From: an uncultured candidate division Zixibacteria bacterium
Lineage (GTDB): Bacteria > Zixibacteria > MSB-5A5 > GN15 > FEB-12
Direction: 5' to 3'
NCBI GenBank assembly: GCA_963806185.1
Contig: CAWDXE010000007.1
Span: 608,001 to 672,000, forward strand
DNA: 64,000 bases
Under the pieces are notes generated by a model that ran no database searches, was not told the DNA's origin, and saw only the letters and a program-made list of their open reading frames with translations. A program made the translations under genes and the position numbers. Below are positions 19,264 through 28,016 of the stretch, in pieces; positions within the stretch are counted from its first letter, which is position 1; every line of letters starts with the position of its first letter.

Positions 19264-20654
19264 TGCCCGGATTATTTCAGGGATTGGAGATCGGCAAGCG
19301 GGCGCTGATGACGCATCAGATGACCTTGCAGACGACCGGTCACAACATTGCCAACGTCGACACGCCCGGCTACACGCGTCAGCGGGTCAGAATCTCCGCC
19401 ACCAGTCCGGAAGCATCGCCCAAGGGTTCAATCGGGACCGGCGTGCAGGTCGACGATATCAATCAGATTCGCGATTATTTTCTCGGCGAGCAGTACCGGC
19501 AGGCGCAGAAATCGCTGGGGCAGTGGCAATACAAGGAGAAATCGCTCAACCAGCTTGAAGGGTTGTTCAACGAGCCGAACGACACGGCCATCAACGATCT
19601 CTTGAATCAGTTCTGGGCATCCTGGTCCGACCTGTCGACCAACTCGGATTCGACCAATAATCGCACCATGATCATTGCCCAGGCGCAGCAGTTGATTCAC
19701 GGCTTCAATCAACTGGCTACCAGCCTGACAGAACTTCGAAATGCAACTGATCGCGACGTACAAAATCTGATCGCCGACGTGAACAGCAAGACCAACGAAA
19801 TTGCCCGCCTCAACCGGCAAATTGCCACCGCTGAAGTCGATGGCAGCAAGGCCAACGACTTGCGCGATGCGCGCGACCTTTTGACCGACGAACTCGCGAG
19901 CATCATCGACGTGAGGACGATGGAAAAGCCGAATGGCTCCACGGTAGTGTCCATGGGCGCCATGAGCCTTGTGGACGGTGCGGAATCTTTCGCCATTGAC
20001 GCGACCGTGAAGAACGTGAACGGCCAGACGACCTCGTCGATCGTGTGGAAGGGCACGACGGTCAAACTTCGCAATCTCAGCGGAGAACTGGCCGGGCTGA
20101 CCGAAACGCGCGACATGGTCATTCCGGGGTACCTCGACAAGCTGAACAACCTGGCGCGCGGCATCGTAGAACGGGTCAACACACTGCACATGAGCGGATT
20201 CGATCTGAACGGCAATTCCGGCGTGGCCTTCTTTGATCCGCAGTATACCGACGCGGCCAATATCCGGATTAATCAGGACATACTCGTTGACACCAACCGG
20301 ATTGTGGCCTCTTCAGTGGCGACCGGCGACAATGTCATCGCGCTCGCAATTGCCGACCTGCGCAATCAATCGACTATGGAGAACAGTTCGAGCACCTTCA
20401 ACAACTATTACAACAGTCTGGTAGGTGGTCTCGGAGTGGAATCGGACGAGGCCAAGTCATTCTCGGCCAATTATGAGCTTCTGGTACAGCAAATAGACAA
20501 CTCGCGCCAGTCGGTACAGGGAGTATCACTGGACGAGGAAATGACGAATTTGATAAAGTCTCAGCACGCCTATGACGCGGCAGCGCGATTGATAACGACG
20601 ATGGACGAGGCGCTGCAAACGGTCATCACCGGCATGGGCGTCGTGGGACGTTAA
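19260..20654 (+). CDS. flgK: Hook-associated protein FlgK
   Basis: TGHNIANVDTPGYTRQ, GVSLDEEMTNLIKSQHAYDAAAR. Confidence 0.96.
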   Translation: MMPGLFQGLEIGKRALMTHQMTLQTTGHNIANVDTPGYTRQRVRISATSPEASPKGSIGTGVQVDDINQIRDYFLGEQYRQAQKSLGQWQYKEKSLNQLEGLFNEPNDTAINDLLNQFWASWSDLSTNSDSTNNRTMIIAQAQQLIHGFNQLATSLTELRNATDRDVQNLIADVNSKTNEIARLNRQIATAEVDGSKANDLRDARDLLTDELASIIDVRTMEKPNGSTVVSMGAMSLVDGAESFAIDATVKNVNGQTTSSIVWKGTTVKLRNLSGELAGLTETRDMVIPGYLDKLNNLARGIVERVNTLHMSGFDLNGNSGVAFFDPQYTDAANIRINQDILVDTNRIVASSVATGDNVIALAIADLRNQSTMENSSSTFNNYYNSLVGGLGVESDEAKSFSANYELLVQQIDNSRQSVQGVSLDEEMTNLIKSQHAYDAAARLITTMDEALQTVITGMGVVGR

Positions 20655-20696
20655 GCCACGGTTCCACGACGGAACCGGAGCACCACGGAGGGTATC

Positions 20697-21026
20697 GTGT
20701 TAATTCTGACAAGGAAGTTGGGTGAATCGATAACGATCGGCGACAACATCAAGGTCCAGGTGCTGGGTATCCGGGGCCGGCAAGTTCGCCTGGGAATCGA
20801 AGCACCAGACAATGTCGTAGTACACCGCGAGGAGATCTACGTCAAGATCCAGGCGGAGAATCGCAAAGCCCAGGGAACGGTGAGCAAGGATCTTCTGGGG
20901 ATGGTAAAGATGATCAAGGGGAAGATTACCGGCGATCCCGAGCGGAAGGATCACCCGACAATTGACTACCGGGATAAGCCCGGGCCGGGATCCGACAAGG
21001 GCAACCGCCCCACGAATGGAAGTTGA
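20697..21026 (+). CDS. csrA: Carbon storage regulator CsrA with C-terminal extension
   Basis: [42 protein letters not shown]. Confidence 0.95.
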   Translation: MLILTRKLGESITIGDNIKVQVLGIRGRQVRLGIEAPDNVVVHREEIYVKIQAENRKAQGTVSKDLLGMVKMIKGKITGDPERKDHPTIDYRDKPGPGSDKGNRPTNGS

Positions 21027-21041
21027 GAACGAGGCCAGCGT

Positions 21042-22961
21042 ATGCGCGTCACAAACGGGATGATCACGAATCAGGTGATGTTCAACACCCAGCGGGCGTT
21101 GAAACGATATGTCAATCTGCAGTCCAACATGTCGAGCGGACGGCGAATCAATCAGCCGTCGGACGATCCGCTCGGAACGCTCAGGGATCTTAACTACCGT
21201 ACGGAGCTTGCCAAAATCGACCAGTTTCAGAAGAACATCAGTACTGGTCAGAACTGGCTGAAGACGTATGACAATTCGCTGGCGGAGATAAAGGACTTCA
21301 TTTCGACGGCGAAGGAAGTTGCCGTCGCCATGTCCAACGGGACCTACGACGCAACGGCGCGCGACGCTTCGGCAACCGAGATTGAATCGATTTTCAAACA
21401 GATCATCCAGACGGGCAATTCGCAGCTGGAGGATCGGCAGATCTACGCGGGATTTCTGACGCAGACTACCCCACTAATGGTCGGCACCAACGGTGTCGTG
21501 TACAACGGCGATACCGGTGCCATGGAGTTTGAGGTTGAATCGCAACTGCGAATGCAGATCAACCTGAACGGCTCGGATGTCTTCCTGAAGCAATTATCGA
21601 CACTCGGTGAAGATGCGGACCTGAATGTGGGCATGCGATCGACGATCCTGCTCTCGGCTCTGCACAATGGATCCGGCGTCGATCTGACCCCCGGGACATT
21701 CACTGTCACGGACAAAAACCTCGGGACCTCCGTAACGATTGACGTCAGCGCGGCGACGACGCTTCAGGACGCCCTGACGGCCATCAACGCCCAACTCACG
21801 GCTGCCGGGATGACCAATCTGTCAATTTCGCACAAACCGGGGGAAAATGCCCTGAGTATTGATACCACGGCCACAGGGCAGATTGCGCCCGTAACGTCGC
21901 TGGGGAATCTTCGCAACGGCGCCGGCATAGATCTGTCCTCCGGGCGGTTGCGCGTGACCGACGGCGCAGGCATCGATGTGTCGGTCGACATGTCGGGCGC
22001 TCTGACCGTCAATGATGTCATAACGAAATTCAACAATGCGATGACCGCGGCCGGAGTCGCCAATGTGACGATGGGAATTAACGCCGCCGGAACCGGCTTT
22101 GGCATTCTCGATACCAACGGGATCCCGCTGGGGCTATCGATCGAAAACTATCCCAATGAGACAGCTATCGCCTCCGTGCTGGGCATTGCCGGCGCGGTAG
22201 GCACTGAATTGGTGGGCGCCGCGCTGGAACCGCAACCGGCGCTCGAAATAGCAGAGACCACGGGCACGATTGCCCAGGACCTGGGGCTGAAGGGTGTATA
22301 CACGACCGACAAGACGGGCAACGACCTCGATCCGCGGCTGACTGCCACGGCGCTCTTGGCGGATATACGAGCCGGAGCGGGATTCAGCCGCGGCCGCATG
22401 GTCATGTGGCAGGGCACCAGTAACGCCACGATAGACCTTTCGGACCCGACGCTGGTCACCGTGCAGGATTTACTCGACCGGATCAACAGCACGGGCCTGA
22501 ATATCACCGCCTCGATCAATGAGTCCGGGCGTGGCATTCAGATTGCCAACAATGATTCCAATATGTCATTTACGATCGAGGACAGCGGCACCGGTCACTC
22601 GTCGAAGGATCTCGGCGTTTACGGCTCCAGCGACATGATGGGTTCGTTGCTGTCGCTGGTGAATGCCCTGCGCGATGACGATCAGGAGGGGGCCGGCTTA
22701 CTGCTCCAGAATATGGACGACTCCATTCAGCACCTTCTGAACATGCGGTCGACGGTGGGCGCGCGTACAAACCGTCTGGAAAGCATCGACAGCCGCATGA
22801 CCAATCAGAAGCTGTCGTTTACCAAGTTGTTGTCCGACGTCGAAGACGCGGACCTGACCGAGTTGGCCACTGAACTGGCTACGCGGGAGAACAGTTATCA
22901 GGCGGCGCTCCTGGCGTCGGCCAAACTCCTGCAGCCATCACTTTTGGACTTTATTGATTAG
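21042..22961 (+). CDS. flgL: Hook-associated protein FlgL with a large repeated insertion
   Basis: MRVT..SSGRRINQPSDDP; C-terminal VEDADL..YQAALLASAKLLQPSLLDF. Confidence 0.93.
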   Translation: MRVTNGMITNQVMFNTQRALKRYVNLQSNMSSGRRINQPSDDPLGTLRDLNYRTELAKIDQFQKNISTGQNWLKTYDNSLAEIKDFISTAKEVAVAMSNGTYDATARDASATEIESIFKQIIQTGNSQLEDRQIYAGFLTQTTPLMVGTNGVVYNGDTGAMEFEVESQLRMQINLNGSDVFLKQLSTLGEDADLNVGMRSTILLSALHNGSGVDLTPGTFTVTDKNLGTSVTIDVSAATTLQDALTAINAQLTAAGMTNLSISHKPGENALSIDTTATGQIAPVTSLGNLRNGAGIDLSSGRLRVTDGAGIDVSVDMSGALTVNDVITKFNNAMTAAGVANVTMGINAAGTGFGILDTNGIPLGLSIENYPNETAIASVLGIAGAVGTELVGAALEPQPALEIAETTGTIAQDLGLKGVYTTDKTGNDLDPRLTATALLADIRAGAGFSRGRMVMWQGTSNATIDLSDPTLVTVQDLLDRINSTGLNITASINESGRGIQIANNDSNMSFTIEDSGTGHSSKDLGVYGSSDMMGSLLSLVNALRDDDQEGAGLLLQNMDDSIQHLLNMRSTVGARTNRLESIDSRMTNQKLSFTKLLSDVEDADLTELATELATRENSYQAALLASAKLLQPSLLDFID

Positions 22962-22977
22962 GTATAGAGGAGTGAAC

Positions 22978-23451
22978 ATGCTGGTGCGCACTTTGCGGTT
23001 TGGCCAAATGGACGTGCCCGACGACAAGATCATCACCATGGAACGACCGATCCTCGGATTCGAGTCGCTGACCAGTTTCTGCCTCATCTCGATGGAGGAA
23101 CTGACGCCGTTCATGTGGTTGCAGTCGACGGAAAATTCCGGTGTTGCCTTTCTGGTGGTGAACCCGGCAATTTTCTTCCCGGATTATCGCATAGAGATCA
23201 ACTCAAACGAGATTGCCGAACTGCGCGTCCGGCATGTCGAAGCGGTTGAAACGTATGCTATCGTGACGCTGGCCGAGAATCCGGCGGAGATCTCCGTCAA
23301 TCTCCAGGGACCGCTGCTCATCAACACCGATAACAACAAGGCCAAGCAGCTGGTTCTGGTCAACTCGCCGTATCGGGTACGCCATGGCTTGCTCGAAGCG
23401 GTGGGTGAAGGCTCCGGCGCTGTTTTTGCCCCCGATTACGCCTCGGTATAA
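22978..23451 (+). CDS. fliW: Flagellar assembly factor FliW
   Basis: TLRFGQM, PFMWLQS, FLVVNP..FFPDY, VNLQGPLLIN. Confidence 0.93.
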   Translation: MLVRTLRFGQMDVPDDKIITMERPILGFESLTSFCLISMEELTPFMWLQSTENSGVAFLVVNPAIFFPDYRIEINSNEIAELRVRHVEAVETYAIVTLAENPAEISVNLQGPLLINTDNNKAKQLVLVNSPYRVRHGLLEAVGEGSGAVFAPDYASV

Positions 23452-23513
23452 GGAGCGAGAGCCCGCGGTCCGACCGCGACGACAGGGATGTTTATACGGA
23501 TAGGAAGTCCACA

Positions 23514-25112
23514 ATGCCACGAGTCCGCGAAGATGAATTATTCGAGTCCGGCCGCTTGTCGGCCGCGCCTGTCTTAATCGATCAAGCCAACCGTCATCTG
23601 GAACGGGGCGATCTTCGCTCAGCATATACCTGCCTGGAGCGAGTGACCGAACTTGCCCCCGACAGCGTCCAGGCCCGGATTATGGCCGGCCTGCTGGCCA
23701 TTCGACTTGACGATCTGGTTGCCGCTCGGGGCCAGCTTGAGGCCGCCGTTCGCATCGCCCCGACGAATTCGGACGCCCACCACAATCTTGCGCTGGTTTA
23801 TCTCCTGCAAAACGATTATGTCGGCGCTCTGGCCCGGTTTCGCATCATGCTGAAGCTAGGACAGAACTCGGCGGCCGTGCTCAACGATCTCGCGGTCGTG
23901 TACGCGCATTTGGGACGACCCGGGCGGGCGCTCGTATGCTACCGTCGGGCGTTGCTTCTCGACCCCAATGACAGCCGCACGCGCAACAATGCCATGCAAT
24001 ACTGTCTGGAACAGGGCTACCTGGCTCAGGGAGTGCGGATGCTTGACCGGCAGGCCAATTCGCGACGGCTTACTTCGGTGGCCCAGGCGGAAGGCCGGAG
24101 GTGGCATCAGATCTTTGCGGGAGCTCGGCAAGTAACCATCAGGAATCTGGTAGAGTCGACGGCCCCGAAACTGAGCGGAGCCAAGATCGCCTTCTTCGCG
24201 AGCCACCAGACTTTCCTCACCGAAATCATGTCTTCCGTCGCCCGATCGAATCAGACGAAGGTTTACGACGGTGCCGAAGGCAGCGACATGACGGGGTTGA
24301 TGCGCTGGGCTGACGTAGCCTGGTTCGAATGGTGTGATCAACTTCTCATCGACGCTACCAAACTGAAAAAGACCTGCCCGATAGTCTGCCGTATCCATAG
24401 TTACGAAGTGTTTTCGGATATGCCGAGACAGGTTGACTGGTCCAAAGTCGATCAGATCATTTTCGTAAACGAGTCGGTCCGCGAACTATTCGAACAGCAA
24501 ACTAAGACTCCGGTACGGAAGGTAGTCATTCACAACGGGCTTGACCTGGCGCGATTCCCCCTGAAGACAGACAAACCGCGGACCAAGCGAATCGGGTCGG
24601 TGGGATATATCAATTACAAGAAGAATCCCGGGCTCCTCCTCTACTGTTTCAAAAAGATTCATGAATACGACTCCGACTACACGCTGCATATCGCCGGGGA
24701 ACACCAGGATCCCAGAATATTGCTCTATATGCAGAACTTCCTCCGCCGCCACCCGCTTCCGGTGGTATTCAATGGCTGGGTGAAGGATATGCCTGAATGG
24801 TACGCCGATAAGGACTTCGTCATCTCGACGTCGCTCTTTGAATCGTTCCACTATTCCATCGCGGAAGGGATGGCCAGCGGCGTACTGCCACTGATTCACG
24901 ATTGGTACGGTGCGGACAAACTGTATCCCGGCCAATTCATGTTTAGTGATCCGGACGACTGTCTGAGGCTGGTACGTTCGCTGGAGACGGCCGATCTCCC
25001 AAGGCTTCGCGCCGACAATCGGCAATTCATCGCCTCCCGATACAATCAGGCCGAGCGCATAGCCGACATTGAGGCGACTCTCCACCGAGTACTCAAGCAG
25101 AACCGAGGGTGA
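23514..25112 (+). CDS. TPR protein with C-terminal GT4-like glycosyltransferase
   Basis: N-terminal TPRs; KKNP, STSLFESFHYSIAEGMASG (EX7E). Confidence 0.85.
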   Translation: MPRVREDELFESGRLSAAPVLIDQANRHLERGDLRSAYTCLERVTELAPDSVQARIMAGLLAIRLDDLVAARGQLEAAVRIAPTNSDAHHNLALVYLLQNDYVGALARFRIMLKLGQNSAAVLNDLAVVYAHLGRPGRALVCYRRALLLDPNDSRTRNNAMQYCLEQGYLAQGVRMLDRQANSRRLTSVAQAEGRRWHQIFAGARQVTIRNLVESTAPKLSGAKIAFFASHQTFLTEIMSSVARSNQTKVYDGAEGSDMTGLMRWADVAWFEWCDQLLIDATKLKKTCPIVCRIHSYEVFSDMPRQVDWSKVDQIIFVNESVRELFEQQTKTPVRKVVIHNGLDLARFPLKTDKPRTKRIGSVGYINYKKNPGLLLYCFKKIHEYDSDYTLHIAGEHQDPRILLYMQNFLRRHPLPVVFNGWVKDMPEWYADKDFVISTSLFESFHYSIAEGMASGVLPLIHDWYGADKLYPGQFMFSDPDDCLRLVRSLETADLPRLRADNRQFIASRYNQAERIADIEATLHRVLKQNRG

Positions 25113-25119
25113 ATGGGAG

Positions 25120-27756
25120 ATGAAACGGAACAATCCAGGAAATAAGTCGCAGAAGAACTCCGAGAGGAACTGCTTAACACGGTCGTCCGGACCGGAGCCG
25201 ATCATTCGTCGCGCCGAAGCGTTGCTCAAGGCCGGAAATTACGCCTTATCCGTGGCGAAAATCGATGAGGCAACGTCCTTTCTGCCGTTTGATGACCCGT
25301 TACTCACCGGACGGCTTCTCCGGGTTCGGGCGTTTGCCGAGGTGCATTCCGGCCGATTGTCCGTGGCCGAGGATGCCGCAGTCCTCGGGCAACTGATGTT
25401 CCCCGAAGTGCTCGATTTTCCGTTTGCGCTTTGTTCCGTCAAGCTGGCCATAAAGGATTATGCCGGAGCCCGGCTGGCCGGGGAACGGTTCCTAAAGTTG
25501 CGAGAGCAAAAGCGGGGAACTGCAATTGCCCTCAAACAGCTTAATGCTGCCGGTGGTCAAGTCGCGGAGGTCTTCCTCTGGATCGGCATAGCCTGCAAAC
25601 AGTCCGGAGCGACCAAAGATGCCCGGTCGTATCTGAATGAAGCCATCAAAGCCGACTCCAAAGCGCCGACGCCGTATGTTGAACTGGCGACGATGCTGCG
25701 ATCGATGGGTCAGGACGCCGAAGCGCGAAGCATCATCGATCAGGGCCGTTCGGCCTGTCGGACGTCGACCGAACTTCGCCTGCTGGCTGAATCATTCAAG
25801 GCCGGACCGACCATCAGCGCCTGCATGATTGTGAAGGACGAGGAAGAACTTCTGCCCGGCTGCCTCGATTCAATACGCGACTGGGTCGATGAAATCGTCG
25901 TGGTGGACACCGGTTCCGCTGATCGAACGGTCGCCATTGCTCGATCGTATGGTGCGCAAGTCTTCCACCAGCAATGGGAAGGCGATTTTTCCAAACATCG
26001 CAACTACTCGCTCGATCAGGCCACGAGCGACTGGATTCTGATTATTGACGCTGACGAGCGAATGGTCGAGGAAGACTTTCCTGCCGTACGCCGGTTACTT
26101 GAGAATCCGCAGTACTCGGCGATTGCCATAAGCGTCTTCAATGTGTACGAGAACAAGCACGCCGAAACGTTTCTCCCGTCGATACGGTTCTTCCGCCGAT
26201 CGCTCAACCTTCGATACGACGGCATAGTGCACAATACGCTTGTTTATCCGGCTGATCTCCCGATTGCACGAGCCAACGTCAGCTTGAAGCATCTCGGCTA
26301 CGGCCTGAGTGAAGAAAAGATGCGTCTGAAACTGAATCGCACGAAGGAGCTGCTCCGAAAGCAATTGGCGGAAAATCCACATCATGGTTTCGCCTGGTTC
26401 AATCTGGCCCAGGCGCTGAGGGGCGAGGCTGCCGCCTTCGATGCGGACACGACAAACGAGGTTATCGAAGCGGCCACAAAAGCGGTCGCTCTCACCAGCG
26501 CGGACGATGCCGCGACACGTCACATTCACCTCATGGCTCTGGACCAATTGGCCTGGGCGCATTTCGGCCAAGGATCGTATACCCAGGCGGCCGGCTTTGC
26601 GCAACGGGCGTTGAGCACGAAACCGAATTACCTTGATCCGTTGCTCCTGCTTGGCCACGTCCATGCCAGGCAGCAACACTATGTCGACGCCGAGCAGGCG
26701 TACCGGAAATATCTCGAAGTTCAGGCAACTTACAATTCGGCTCAGGAAGTCGATAACATCATTCTCCTGCATCTTGATAGTCGCGCGACGGCCTACTTCG
26801 CACTCGGGACGATTGCCGAGATCCAGAGTGATTCCTGCCGCGCCATCAAGCACTATCACGAAACGATCGCCCTTAATCCGAATCACCTCGACGTCCATGA
26901 ACGACTGGCCCGTCTTGCTCTTGGCGAGGGAGACCTGACCGAGGCGGAAGCATCGTATAGCACTCACTTAACTTACCATCCGGAGGCGACAGACTCGCGG
27001 TTGGGGTTGGCGTACATCAAATGGTCGAAGGGGGATCAGGTCAGTGCCGAACGGCTGTATTTGGAGGTGCTCGACCTCCAGCCGGAGAACTGGACGGCGT
27101 TGTCGAAACTCAGCCGGCTCTATCTGCAATTTGGCCACGGCAAAAAACTGGAGGCCATGCTGGGACAAGCCGTTCAGTTGGCGGAACGCTGCAACCAACA
27201 CGAACAAGAGCTGGCCTCGCTTATGTTCGCTTGCGGGCGCTGGGGTGAGGCAGCCGACTGGTACGCGAAGGCGATTGAAAAGGACCCGCGTGACGCTGCT
27301 CTTCACAACGATTTGGGCAACTGCTACTTCAAGCAAAGTCAGTTCGAAGAGGCTGAGAGGCAATACCGAAAGTCGTTGGAGCAGGGGGACATTCAGCCAA
27401 TCGCGTGGCGCAATCTCGCCCTCGTGCAGGCGCGAAACGGGAATTACCCGGCAGCCGCGGACTCACTCGAGGAATTCGTCGCCAAACAATCCGACGCGGC
27501 GGAGAATCTCCTGCTGTTGGCCGATATCTATTTCCAGGGTGCTAATTACGGGGCGGCAATCAAGACATATGAGCGCTACTTACTAGCGAATCCGAAGGAT
27601 GTGCGGGCGCTCTTTGGTCTGGCGGAGACGTATCTCGCTATGGGACATAGGGATTCGGCCGCCTTGGGGTATCGAAGAGTCCTGGCGATTGATCCGGATT
27701 TTGACCCGGCAAATCGAAGGATCCGCGAACTCGAGAAATCGGGCGCTGCCTACTGA
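25120..27756 (+). CDS. TPR-GT2-TPR glycosyltransferase, likely flagellin glycosylation
   Basis: ISACMIVKDEE..DEIVVVDTGS.D.T, DFSKHRN, IIDADE, HLGY; many TPRs; adjacent to flagellin. Confidence 0.88.
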   Translation: MKRNNPGNKSQKNSERNCLTRSSGPEPIIRRAEALLKAGNYALSVAKIDEATSFLPFDDPLLTGRLLRVRAFAEVHSGRLSVAEDAAVLGQLMFPEVLDFPFALCSVKLAIKDYAGARLAGERFLKLREQKRGTAIALKQLNAAGGQVAEVFLWIGIACKQSGATKDARSYLNEAIKADSKAPTPYVELATMLRSMGQDAEARSIIDQGRSACRTSTELRLLAESFKAGPTISACMIVKDEEELLPGCLDSIRDWVDEIVVVDTGSADRTVAIARSYGAQVFHQQWEGDFSKHRNYSLDQATSDWILIIDADERMVEEDFPAVRRLLENPQYSAIAISVFNVYENKHAETFLPSIRFFRRSLNLRYDGIVHNTLVYPADLPIARANVSLKHLGYGLSEEKMRLKLNRTKELLRKQLAENPHHGFAWFNLAQALRGEAAAFDADTTNEVIEAATKAVALTSADDAATRHIHLMALDQLAWAHFGQGSYTQAAGFAQRALSTKPNYLDPLLLLGHVHARQQHYVDAEQAYRKYLEVQATYNSAQEVDNIILLHLDSRATAYFALGTIAEIQSDSCRAIKHYHETIALNPNHLDVHERLARLALGEGDLTEAEASYSTHLTYHPEATDSRLGLAYIKWSKGDQVSAERLYLEVLDLQPENWTALSKLSRLYLQFGHGKKLEAMLGQAVQLAERCNQHEQELASLMFACGRWGEAADWYAKAIEKDPRDAALHNDLGNCYFKQSQFEEAERQYRKSLEQGDIQPIAWRNLALVQARNGNYPAAADSLEEFVAKQSDAAENLLLLADIYFQGANYGAAIKTYERYLLANPKDVRALFGLAETYLAMGHRDSAALGYRRVLAIDPDFDPANRRIRELEKSGAAY

Positions 27757-27797
27757 AGGTGGACACGGAAATAGATAAAAGAGGGGCGGTTTAACCG

Positions 27798-27824
27798 TTA
27801 AGTCTAAGCTTGATCTGCCGATGA
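27798..27824 (+). promoter_or_regulatory. Sigma28 promoter of flagellin
   Basis: TTAAG-N14-GCCGATGA. Confidence 0.7.
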
Positions 27825-27830
27825 ACGGAT

Positions 27831-28016
27831 CATGAATACTGGGAAAGGTATTAATACAGCTATTAAGGAAATTAAGCTGAAGGAGGTAACTGGGGAGATT
27901 TGCGTACGTCAGCGGTCATCGGAAACGGCTGCGACTCAACCGAAAAACATCGGAAGTGATATGTCACCAATGAAAACAGGGACGGAAACCTGAAATACAT
28001 TCAAGGAGGATGACAC
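27831..28016 (+). promoter_or_regulatory. Long flagellin 5' leader with multiple GGA-loop hairpins (CsrA sites)
   Basis: 10 GGA triplets in ~186 nt; about six in hairpin loops, the last overlapping the SD. Confidence 0.7.
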
